From assembly GCA_963843795.1 (NCBI GenBank), contig CAWJLW010000010.1:248001-270376 (forward strand): a DNA stretch of 22,376 nt, in the 5' to 3' direction. Below are positions 11,492 to 20,782 of this stretch, piece by piece. This DNA comes from an uncultured bacterium (GTDB lineage Bacteria; Armatimonadota; Abditibacteriia; Abditibacteriales; Abditibacteriaceae). Both the position numbers and the translations under genes were made by a program. The notes under the pieces are model-generated. The model was not told where the DNA came from and did no database searches. It was given only the letters and a program-made list of their open reading frames with translations. The number at the start of each line of letters is the position of its first letter. Positions within the stretch are counted from its first letter, which is position 1.

Positions 11492-11826
11492 GTAGCTATT
11501 TGCGACGTGCTGCCATCCTCAATAGCGGACCAGTACGGAACATGATATTTGCCAAATGCTGCGATGGGAAGTAACTGCGTCTCAAAATGGAACGAAAACG
11601 CATATTTTGCATTTTTCCTGCCAAGTTGGTTGGTAGCTTCGTAATAGGAGCACGAGTAGTAATCATCCAAAGTTGAAATATCAGCCTGAGGATTGCTGAA
11701 TATTAGACCGCAACGATTACGTTTACACTGGCTGAAATGTAGGCGATCCGCAGCAACGGAGGTACTCCAAGTGCAAAAATCGTCGGAGCCGCAGTTGCTG
11801 CAACGGGTGACGGAGTGCATTTTCAT
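11488..11826 (-). pseudogene. Remnant of a Zn-ribbon class I methyltransferase (SAM-binding core missing)
   Basis: CSNCGS..CKRNRCGLIFSNPQ....LDDYY...YY is the usual N-terminal module of ~300-aa polysaccharide-locus methyltransferases. No GxG motif follows, and only ~110 codons are available before the next gene. Confidence 0.65.
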
Positions 11827-11872
11827 TATAAAATTACCGACATTTTGTTCTTTATATCCCCTGTCTGCCAAG

Positions 11873-12610
11873 CTAACTTTCTAAATCGTTTTCGGGCTTG
11901 GGGCCGATTAGTGCAGCACAGTGTGTGGAGCGATTTCCCAGCAAATCCAACAACGGCCCCAGAAAACGACTGGCGCCCCGCAAAGGGCGCAGACACTCGC
12001 TGGGACGCGGCATATGCCCGACTTCTAACTTACGAATCGGCCATTTGAAGTAATGCTCAGGATCCAAGTTGGTTTTTTCATCAGAAGGGGCAACCGTATA
12101 TGGTAAATCCCACCAAAAAATGAAGCCACCCGGTTTCAGGACGCGGCACGTTTCTTGGCAAACTCGTTCGCGTAGCGCAACAGTAGGAACACTTGAAAGA
12201 CAAACAAATTGGGTAACCAGATCAAAATGGCTTTCCTCGAAAGGAATTGTCTGCCCATCGGTTTTCAACAAATTAATCAAAGGATTTTTCGCTTCTCCCA
12301 CATCAAATCGAATATCGCTGACATCAACACCGAACAAATTTTCGGGAAGGGCATCATATTCGATGAAATTACGGAGCCAAGTGCCATCTCCGCAACCGAC
12401 ATCAAGAATACGCCACGGCTTCAAAGTTGATGTGACTGTTCCTACCAACAAGGCAAACGCACGAAGTTGCTGAGACTTAAGATTACGTGATTCTTCGGTA
12501 AATCCTAACCAGTAGTCACGCCAAGCAGGATCAACGGCATAACTTATCGTATGCGCTTGAGATTCCAAAGCCACGATTTCAAAATCTTTGCCCACTATTT
12601 TATCCACCAC
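11873..12610 (-). CDS. Class I SAM-dependent methyltransferase
   Basis: RILDVGCGDGTWL, GVDVS, IPFEESHFDLV, RVLKPGG. GTG start at 12610 or 12607 with GAGG upstream. Confidence 0.9.
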   Translation of the reverse strand: MVDKIVGKDFEIVALESQAHTISYAVDPAWRDYWLGFTEESRNLKSQQLRAFALLVGTVTSTLKPWRILDVGCGDGTWLRNFIEYDALPENLFGVDVSDIRFDVGEAKNPLINLLKTDGQTIPFEESHFDLVTQFVCLSSVPTVALRERVCQETCRVLKPGGFIFWWDLPYTVAPSDEKTNLDPEHYFKWPIRKLEVGHMPRPSECLRPLRGASRFLGPLLDLLGNRSTHCAALIGPKPENDLES

Positions 12611-12616
12611 CTCGGC

Positions 12617-13543
12617 TCAATCCGAAACGACATTTTTTGCCAAGCCACCAGAGAGCACGGAGGCACGAAATCCCCTCGACGGCAATAGAAGGCGAAGAAC
12701 CAACGACCATACCCTATGTTCTGTCCACATTCCATACCGTAGAGCCGAAAAAGCGAGCGTCCAAGATTTTTTGATGTTGCCCGCAGCATAATTTGCTTCT
12801 GCCGCTTGATAATACCCCAAGGCTAAAAAGCGATTGCGGTGGCGCTTTCGTTCAAAAAATCGTGGATGTCGCCTCACCATAAGCTCGTGTGTTTCATGAT
12901 ATCGAAGGCGGTAGCTGTTAGAGACTCTAACAGCATGTCCTAAGCGATAACGATAGAACAAGTGTCCACAGTGATAGCCTCTGATCTTGGACTCAGCCGA
13001 CCCAATTAAAAAATCATAATCTGCATTCCCTCGCGATAGTTCCACGGCGTACCCACCCAGATGCTCCCACAGTTGCTTAGTATATGCACACGGCCCCGGT
13101 GTAGGTTGTGCCTCAACCAAATCATTCCAAGTGACTTTACGGGGGTATTCCCAGATCTCCGATCTATTTCCAAAACATTGATAATCACCGTAAACAAAGC
13201 CAGCATCGGGCTGTTTCTCGAATACTTCAAGCACAAGAGCTACAGAGTCAGGCAAAAGTTGGTCGACCCCATCAAGATAAAAGTGATAGGGAGTTTCAGT
13301 AAGTTCAAATGCTTTGTTTCTTGTTGGATATGGCCCTTGATTATCCGACAGCGCGCATTTTTTCAGTTTTGGATGGTCAAGCTGCTCGAAAATATCACGT
13401 GTCCGTTGATCGGCACCGCCGTCCATCACTAATATTGCCACCCAACGATCATCAGTTTGAGCCAACACGCTCTGCCAGCACTCCAAAAGCCAATCACCTT
13501 CTTTGTAGCAGGTGATACCAATTGTAATTAAGGGTTCGTTCAT
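12617..13543 (-). CDS. Glycosyltransferase family 2 (GT-A)
   Basis: PLITIGITCY..SVLAQT..ILVMDGG.D..NQG....RN..YHFYLDGVD (DxD site altered), DYDF, FYRYR. Alternative TTG start at 13555. Confidence 0.9.
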   Translation of the reverse strand: MNEPLITIGITCYKEGDWLLECWQSVLAQTDDRWVAILVMDGGADQRTRDIFEQLDHPKLKKCALSDNQGPYPTRNKAFELTETPYHFYLDGVDQLLPDSVALVLEVFEKQPDAGFVYGDYQCFGNRSEIWEYPRKVTWNDLVEAQPTPGPCAYTKQLWEHLGGYAVELSRGNADYDFLIGSAESKIRGYHCGHLFYRYRLGHAVRVSNSYRLRYHETHELMVRRHPRFFERKRHRNRFLALGYYQAAEANYAAGNIKKSWTLAFSALRYGMWTEHRVWSLVLRLLLPSRGFRASVLSGGLAKNVVSD

Positions 13544-13574
13544 AGGTTCTGCCAATACAATGTAGTATCAAGTT

Positions 13575-14721
13575 TTATGTGGAAAGAATTTGATCGTATA
13601 TCTCTTCCAATTTTGCCGATTGATTTGAGCATCGAAGTGGGTAATTGCATGGTCTCGACTATACGAAGCAAACTTTATCCGCAAATCCTCATCTGTTCCC
13701 AGTTCCGAAGCGCATTGGACAGATGTTTAACTTGATGCTCATCTGCCAATAATGCATTTTTGCCTTCAACAACGACATTAGGAATATCGGCGTGGCGAGT
13801 TGCTACTACAGGCAACCCAGCAGCCATACCCTCAATAACGCTAACTGGTGCACCACCTTCAGTATCACCATCGCTTCCGGTTACTGACGGTTGCAATAAT
13901 ATGTCATGGGAATAGTATAAAGATATCAAAGTTGCATAACTTGCATTGCCAAACAGTTCTATGAAAGAACCTGCACTTTCTGCTGTTATCGCGTTCTCAA
14001 TAACAGTTTGCAATTCACCACTTCCAACAATGGTCAGTTTAATATCAAGCCCACTACGGCGCGCTCGAACAACCGCAGAAATCGCATCAATGATACCTTT
14101 CTTTTCGACAAAGCGTCCTACGGTCAATGCCCGAATTTCGTTCTTGTTACTACTTCGACTTTCATTCACCTTAGCAGGAAAAACTGACAAATCCACTCCC
14201 AAGGCATTGACATAAATCTTTTTGGGGTCACAACCCGTAGCAACAAGCCGCTCGCCCATACGCGGCCCTTCGACAACAAAACCATTTTCTTCATCTAACA
14301 ACTTTTTCATCGGTTTGATGTGCTTGCCTTGCTCCAACTCACCTAAATCGCAGCCATAAAAACTGGTCACAGTGCTACATTGCAAGCGAGAACGTGCCTG
14401 GCGTCGTAAGGTAGCATGAGCGATTGCCAGACCCGCGAAATGCGAATGGATAATGCGACAGTGAGATTGCTCCAACTCTCGCCAATAAAATTTGAATAGA
14501 CCCGATTCGCTTTTGATCGGGCCAATAGGTAGTCGATACATACCTCGACGCCATCTGGGCAACTGTCCAAAACTCTTAATATTTGGCAAGTAATAGTCGT
14601 CTTGATTCATCAAACTGGCAGCAAAAACAATCGGCGGATACCGACGCAGACCACGCAGCCGCCGGTAAAGCGCAATTTTCTGTATGAGGTAGATAGCATT
14701 CAATCAAATGAGTAACGTCAT
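13575..14721 (-). pseudogene. Glycosyltransferase family 4, WcaL-like; about four frameshifts (~14717, ~14669, ~13706, ~13612)
   Basis: Core ORF 13675..14703 has IIHSHF, TSFYGCD, TVGRFVEKKG and QPSVTGSDGDTEGGAPV..IEGMAAGLPVVATRHADIP. Adjacent frames supply the N-terminus M(T)VTHLIECYLPHTEN(W)LY from ATG 14721 and the C-terminus ELGTDEDLR..(K)LEEIYDQILST* ending at 13575. Confidence 0.85.
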
Positions 14722-14759
14722 CTTAAATATTCCGCGGCGTAACACGTGTGACCTTTAGG

Positions 14760-16218
14760 TTATTTGGGCACTACATACTGCCTGTCTCTGACCAGAGTTA
14801 CTAGATCAGTCCACGCGGACACGCGAGTAGCAACAACGCAAGCTCCATAAACGCCCACACCACAAAAGGTGAGAAGCATTAGCGTTTGCCATTCTGCCCA
14901 AGCAACGGGCAGAACAGAAGACAAGACAAATAGGCTCAATCCCATGACTAAAGAACCACAGAGTGTACCAGAAGCGGCTTTGAATACTTCACTCACTTTC
15001 ATATCAATGAGTTTGCGGGTATTGCGATGGAAGGGTAAAATAACAGCATTCCCGCAAATGCATAGCACATCACAACAGTGTGCAAGGAACCCAGCAAAAC
15101 ACCGAGAACAAGAGATGATACTACGAAAATCGAAGCAGAAATTTCTCAGCGAAGCATTAAATCTGTTCGCCCTTGAGAAGTGTATATCCAGCCAGCTGGG
15201 TTAGACAGTGACTGAAATATCCCCAGTATTGATAAAACCTGCAGAAGAGGAATGATAGCTGTCCATTTCTCGCCGTAAACGGTTAAGACAAAAGGTCTTG
15301 CTGTCACCCAGAGACCAACCATCAGCGGACACACAAAGAGAGAAATTACGCTAGTCATTCTCAAGTAAACCTGCTTCACTCGTTCTTTATCGTGCTGAAT
15401 AGCTGAAAGTGCTGGAAACATCACCCCACTCACTACACCGATGACCTGACTAATGGGAAGCAGCATCAAACCATAAGCGCGGCTGTAATAACCTAAGGGC
15501 GTAGAGCCGAAGAATTTTCCGATTAGCATATTATCTGCGTTGCGGCTCCAGTAGTTCAGAAAGTTGAAACCAAAAAGGTTAAACGTGTAACCAAAGAGAT
15601 CTTTCAAAGCGGGATAACTGAACTTCCACTTTGGACGCCATGAACACAGAGAATACACCGCAATCGTGAAGAAAAAAGAATTCAAGAGGTTTTGAAAAAC
15701 GAGACTCCAAACGCCACCACCACGATAAGCAAGGACAACTGCACCAATGCCGGACAAAGTCGTCGAAGCAAGATTGACTTTGGCTATCTTCGAAAATTCC
15801 ATCTCCTTTTGTAGTAGCGTATTGGGAACGCATTAACTGCCATGAACAAGAAGTTGAGCGAAATTACTTTGGTTAAAGGTTGAAGAGCGTTCGTGTTATA
15901 AAAAGCAACAATCCAAGGTGCCGCAAAAAAAAGCACCAGTGTAAAAACAATGCCCGATAATAAATTAAGCCAGAATACCGATTGAATGTGCTGCTCGGTA
16001 ATGTCGCTTTTTTGAATAAGAGCCGAACCAAATCCCATATCGGTGAACATTCCGGCAAAGCCTGTAAATACCGCAATCATTCCCACCAGACCAAACGCTT
16101 CTGGAGCCAGTAACCGAGCCAGGTAGATGGAAATGCCCAGTTGCACAAACTGCTGCCCCACGCGCGCCAGAGTACTCCATAAAACGCCGTTAGCAACTTG
16201 TTGTTTAAAATTTAACAA
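14760..16218 (-). pseudogene. wzx: Wzx flippase (MOP superfamily, WzxC-like); frameshifts ~15830 and ~15016, nonsense TGA at 15146-15148
   Basis: GVLWS..LARLLAPEAFGLVGM..DMGFGSALIQ, GVWSLV.Q, WRP, NADNMLIGKFFG...LGYYSRAY, FPALS, YGEKW and GRTD occur across three ORFs totalling ~486 codons. Confidence 0.9.
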
Positions 16219-16264
16219 AGTGAGTTCCGCAATCGCAAAATGCCTTTAATAGATAGACAGGTTG

Positions 16265-17446
16265 CTAATTTTTCTTTTCGATAATCTTTTTAACGGCTGC
16301 AATGACATCATGGACGTCGTTGTCTGTCAATTTAGCAGAGATCGGCAGACTGACTGTTTGACGACCAATTCGCATTGCGTGCGGATAAGGTTCAGGTTTC
16401 CAACCAAATGTTTGACGATAGTAGGGATGTTCAGGAATGCTCAAATAATGCACACCAACGCCAATATTTTGCGCGGTCATAGCATCTAAAAAAGCATCCC
16501 GACTTATGCCACTTTTTTCCTCATCAATTAAAATCGTATACAAATGGTAAGCGTGACGCGTATCGGGTTCGGGCGGAGCGGGCAACTCAACAGGCAGCTC
16601 TGCAAAGGCCTCATTATAACGCCACCAGATTTCTTGTCGCCTTTGCCAGTAAGTTTCTACACGCTTCAATTGATGAATACCAATGGCCGCCTGCAAATCC
16701 ATCATGTTGTATTTGTAGCCGCATTCCACAACCTGATAATGCTTATAGCCTTCATCGCCAAAGCGTTTCCAAGCATCCTTGCTCATGCCGTGTAGAGCAA
16801 GTAATTTTTCAGGCGGGCTGCATCTTCTTCCGCACGCGATAGAATCATGTCACCCTCGGCCCGTCACAATGTTCTTTGTGACGTAAAAGCTAAAACAGCC
16901 GAAATCACCGATAGTGCCCGCCGCCTGACCTTTATATTGCGTTTCGATAGCATGAGCACAATCCTCGATAAGTTTGAGGTCGTGACGACGCGCAATGTCA
17001 CAAAGGGCGTCCATACCGCAGGGGCGACCTGCAAAATGAATGGGAAGGATAGCCCGAGTCTTGGCGGTAATTTGCGCCTCGACATTTTCTGGTTCAATAT
17101 TCATGGTTGCCGGATTGACATCTGCCAAAACAGGCTTCGCACCTGCATGAATAATTGCATTGACTGTAGCGCAAAAAGTTAGGGGAGAAGTAATAACTTC
17201 ATCGCCTGGCTGCAGTCCAGCCGCCAAAACGCTCAGATGCAAAGCCGCCGTGCAGGAGTTGACAGCGGCGGCATGGGATAATCTCTTGTAAGCTGCGAAC
17301 TCATTTTCAAAGCGCGCGACCTTAGGGCCAGTGCCCAGCCAACCACTTTGCAAGCTGGCAACAACTTCCTGAATTTCGGCATCTTCAATTGCCGAAACGC
17401 TGAACACGAGAAACTGGTCTTTAGAACGAATAGGATAATGTGTCAT
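16265..17446 (-). pseudogene. DegT/DnrJ/EryC1/StrS PLP-dependent sugar aminotransferase; TGA at 16850-16852 produced by two compensating indels (~16859, ~16805)
   Basis: SGWLGTGPKV..FE, VNSCTAALHL, IEDCAHA, FSFYVTKNIVTG (PLP lysine), GYKYNMMDLQAAIG, SLP. Both ORFs share one frame; the intervening shifted frame reads EG.MILSRAEEDAARLK. Confidence 0.92.
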
Positions 17447-17461
17447 TAAATTAACCTAATG

Positions 17462-18129
17462 TCAATTATTTTCTGGCTTATAAACAGTGGCATCAGCAGA
17501 CATTGCCAAGGATTCCATTATTCTACGATTGTAAAGCGTTTCTCCTAATTTCTTTCCTATACGTCCATATGGCCAAATTGCACGTGGACTACCACGAATT
17601 TCCGCCACAACAAAGCCAACTCCCTCAAGTTCCTTTTTGAGGCGAGAAGGCGAGAAAAGATTGATATGACATGGGTCTTGTGATTGAATCTTGTTGTAAC
17701 AAGAAGGTGATGATAGTAACAACACTCCCCCAGGTTGAAGAACTCTTAAAATCTCTTGAAATACATGAATTGCAGTTGCTGGTTTAAGATGTTCAATAAC
17801 TTGATGGCAAATAACCGTAGTAAAACATTCCTTCGCGAATGGCAACTCATCTCTTAGATCATGCGTTTTTAAATTTAGGGAGCTGTTTCTTGCCAATCCT
17901 TGTTCAACTGCCAACGCTGAGCCGTCGATACCAACAATGTTAAGTCCGTAACGACAGCCACACTCAACGAGTAGGCCGTTACCGCAACCTAAATAAAGAT
18001 CGGGCCAGGCAAACTAGCCGTTATACATTCGGCTATTAAATGCCGATACCATGTCCAACTTCTGCCCTCGTAGTCATTACTGTAAAACTCGAAGTCAGGA
18101 GCATCGTTCTCTTTCGTTAAAGGGCACAT
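17462..18129 (-). pseudogene. Class I SAM-dependent methyltransferase; one-base deletion near 17996
   Basis: ATG 18129 gives MCPLTKENDAPDFEFYSNDY..LPGPI; the other frame continues LGCGNGLLVE..VGIDGS into ORF 17462..17914 (LPF, HQVIEHL, RVLQPGG, DPCHINLF). The span is 668 nt, one short of a multiple of three. Confidence 0.87.
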
Positions 18130-18145
18130 GATGTTTGATGATTAA

Positions 18146-18318
18146 TAGACTTCTTTCATAAGTCGCGCAAGGGTGTCATTTCGAGCGGAATTTTCGAGTT
18201 TACGAGAAAATGCAGTCGAGAAATTTAATTAACCGCTGAAATAGATTCCTCGACTGCGCGCGACATTCGTCGCTCTTCGCTCGGAATGACACACTTTCCG
18301 ACTTATGAAAGAGGTCTA
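18146..18318. mobile_element. 173-bp non-coding nested-palindrome element (MITE/REP/RPE-like)
   Basis: Terminal inverted repeats 18146-18165 (TAGACTTCTTTCATAAGTCG) and 18299-18318 match 19/20. Inner IR 18173-18187 / 18278-18292 matches 14/15; innermost IR 18212-18227 / 18242-18257 matches 14/16. TA at both ends and AAT directly repeated at 18144-18146 and 18318-18320. Confidence 0.82.
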
Positions 18319-18327
18319 ATATTGGAG

Positions 18328-18882
18328 CTAAAGCAATGAGCGTTTGACTACGGCAGGAGATCCTGCTACGAGAGTGTGAGATGGGACATCTTGTGTTACG
18401 ACAGAACCCACGCCTACAACAGAACCTTCGCCGACTTGAACTCCCACTAGTATGATAGCGTTAGTCCCTATCAAACTTCCAAATCCAATCGTCACTTTTT
18501 CAGCTCTTCGTGGATAGAATTTGCTCATATATCTTCTCCCACAATCTTGGTGTGTCAAGACGACACACCCGCCAGCAAGAATAACCTCATCGCCCAATGT
18601 TAGGTTAGCAGCGAGATCAATTCGAACATTTTTTCCTATGTAGCAATTTTTTCCTGTCGTGAATCGGCTAAAGTCCCCTGTTGAATCTTGCGCACCAAAA
18701 GAATTTTCAATGAGCAGAGGCCCTTGAGCATACGTTCCTTCACCAATTCTGGCACCGTGACGTTGTAAAGTAGATGTAATATGAGAGGATGGTGCGCGCT
18801 CAAGATATCTAACAATCCCCTCGATTCCATAAATACGATATATGATATTTATACGCGTATTTTCTATATAATTCCTAATCAT
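18328..18882 (-). CDS. Hexapeptide-repeat (left-handed beta-helix) acyltransferase
   Basis: GARIGEGT, TTGKNCYIG, VVLTH, VTIG..S.IGTNAIIL.GVQVGEGSVVGVGSVVTQDVPSHTLVAGSPA. ATGA overlap with the upstream aminotransferase. Confidence 0.9.
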   Translation of the reverse strand: MIRNYIENTRINIIYRIYGIEGIVRYLERAPSSHITSTLQRHGARIGEGTYAQGPLLIENSFGAQDSTGDFSRFTTGKNCYIGKNVRIDLAANLTLGDEVILAGGCVVLTHQDCGRRYMSKFYPRRAEKVTIGFGSLIGTNAIILVGVQVGEGSVVGVGSVVTQDVPSHTLVAGSPAVVKRSLL

Positions 18883-19992
18883 AATTTCGAAATCACATAC
18901 AAAATATCCTCTGAAGTCATTGATGGATATAAAGGTAACGTTACGATTCTTGGCCGGATTATTTCGGTAACAGGCACACTCGCAGTTTTGGCGTTACGAA
19001 TGTAACAGCTGAAGTGATGGATAGGTGGATAATGAATGCTGGTCTGTACTCCTGCCTCGCGCATTGTTGTCATAAACTCTGTCCTGTCGCGACCTACTTC
19101 AAGAAGGATTGGCATAATGTGATGAACAGAGCCTTCATCGCATCCCTCAAAAGGCAAGCGTATACTTTCTACACTTTCACAGCAAGTTCGATATGCGGAA
19201 GCCAGTTGCTTTCGTCGCCTATTGGCATCACTTAATTTCTTCAGTTGCACCAGACCTATCGCCGAGCGTATTTCATCAATACGGAAATTATAACCGGCCT
19301 CTACGACATCATAACTGAAGCTATGACCTTTGTGCCGATCCAGCGTCAGGGTTGTCATACCATGCGAGCGTAGCAAGCGAATTTTTTCGGCCAATTCATC
19401 GCGATTGGTAGTGATCATTCCACCTTCGCCAGTTGTCATGTTCTTGTTAGAAAAAAAGCTAAAACACCCTACATCGCCTATTGCGCCAGTTTTTACTCCT
19501 TGGTAAGTTGCGCCTGGTGAATGGGCACAATCTTCGATAACCGATAGGTTGTACTCGTGCGCGATTTCCTTAATTGCGTCCATCTGGCACGGATAGCCCG
19601 CATAATGTACAACGGTAATGGCTTTAGTGCGCGGCGTGATTTTAGCGCGAACATCATCGGGCGAAATCGTCAGATCGTTTTCGCTGGTCACATCAGCGAA
19701 AACCGGCACCGCGCCTTCGACGACCGCAGCGTTGGCCGTCGCCACGAAGGTCAGCGAGGGCATGATGATCTCATCACCAGTGGACAAACCCAGCGCGCGA
19801 TAGGCGAGTTGCAGCGCCGCCGTGCAATTGGTGACGGCAAAGGCGTGTTTGACGCCGATGAACTCGGCAAAGCTTCTGCTCGAATTCTTGCGTCACTTCG
19901 CCCATCGTCAGCCATTTCGAACGCAAAACGTTCGTCACCGCCGCGATTTCAGCTTCACCCACATCTATGTCGCACAAAGGAACTTTCCACAT
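18879..19992 (-). pseudogene. DegT/DnrJ/EryC1/StrS PLP-dependent sugar aminotransferase; one-base insertion near 19873
   Basis: MWKVPL..SKWLTMG....EFEQK continues after removing one base as FAEFIGVKHAFAVTNCTAALQLA into ORF 18879..19787 (IEDCAH, FSFFSNKNMTTGEGG, GYNFR, TLPLYP). Confidence 0.92.
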
Positions 19993-20035
19993 AATTCGAA
20001 CGCTTTCTAAACCACTTGTAAGCACTTACAACGCG

Positions 20036-20770
20036 TTAACCCAAGTTTTCTACTATCGAATCGGGCAAGAATTCTATCCGATTAGCTTCAAATTCCTCAG
20101 TCGCCAACTGATAATCTTCATGGCGTCCAATATCCAGCCAACGGTCGTCGCTGGGATAGCCAACGACTTTCTCACCCGCCGCCACCAATTTCAAGGCGAG
20201 TGTCGGAAAATCGAGATAAGCGTCTTTCTCGATATAATTCAGCACTTTGGGTTCATACACGTAAATGCCCATCGAAACCAAATAATCCATTTCCGGCTTC
20301 TCACGGTAATCGGTGATATTGAACTCGTCATCGGTCACCAGCACGCCCAGATCAATTTTGATGTGCTTTTTGTGCATCGCAATGGTGAGCGCCGCATCGT
20401 GCGCGCGGTGATGCTCGATCAGTTTGCGAAAATCGAGCGTCGTCAGTAAATCGCCGTTCATCACCAAAAAAGTTTCGTCCAAGCCTTCAACTTGCGCCAG
20501 CGAACCGGCTGTCCCGGTCGGCTTTTCTTCCATCACATAAGACAGCGAAAGTTTCTCGGTCAGCGACGGGCGCTGCTGAAAATAGGCTTTGAGCAGTTCG
20601 GCCAGATAGCCCACGCTCAGCGTAATGTCAGTGATCTCCTGCGCGATGAGTTGGCGCACCAAAATTTCGATGATGGGATATTCACCGACCGGTACTAACG
20701 GCTTGGGAAAAACCGTCGTATAGGGCGCTAATCGCGTCCCGCGCCCGCCCGCCAGAATCACTGCTTTCAT
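20036..20770 (-). CDS. Sugar-phosphate nucleotidyltransferase (NTP_transferase family)
   Basis: Intact 244-aa ORF: KAVILAGGRGTRLAPYT..PKPL, E.KPTGTAG, FLVMNGD, EKP, GIY, WLDIG. Confidence 0.93.
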   Translation of the reverse strand: MKAVILAGGRGTRLAPYTTVFPKPLVPVGEYPIIEILVRQLIAQEITDITLSVGYLAELLKAYFQQRPSLTEKLSLSYVMEEKPTGTAGSLAQVEGLDETFLVMNGDLLTTLDFRKLIEHHRAHDAALTIAMHKKHIKIDLGVLVTDDEFNITDYREKPEMDYLVSMGIYVYEPKVLNYIEKDAYLDFPTLALKLVAAGEKVVGYPSDDRWLDIGRHEDYQLATEEFEANRIEFLPDSIVENLG

Positions 20771-20782
20771 AAAACCAAAGTC

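Noticed and set aside
1601..15148. Alternative genetic code explaining in-frame stops
   Set aside because: Both TAA and TGA occur as internal stops, and TGA, TAA and TAG all serve as normal terminators elsewhere in the window.
16850..16852. In-frame TGA in DegT as selenocysteine or programmed readthrough
   Set aside because: The conserved GEGGM-like segment is encoded in a shifted frame between two compensating indels, so the TGA is a by-product of those indels.
18146..18318. Palindromic element as CRISPR repeat, tRNA or simple intrinsic terminator
   Set aside because: Single copy with no spacers, no tRNA arm consensus, and no poly-T tail; nested terminal repeats fit a MITE/REP-like element better.
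1..19992. Frameshifts as phase-variation tracts or programmed frameshifting
   Set aside because: The shift sites lack long homopolymers, simple repeats or a shared slippery motif; most are runs of five bases or fewer, or non-repetitive.
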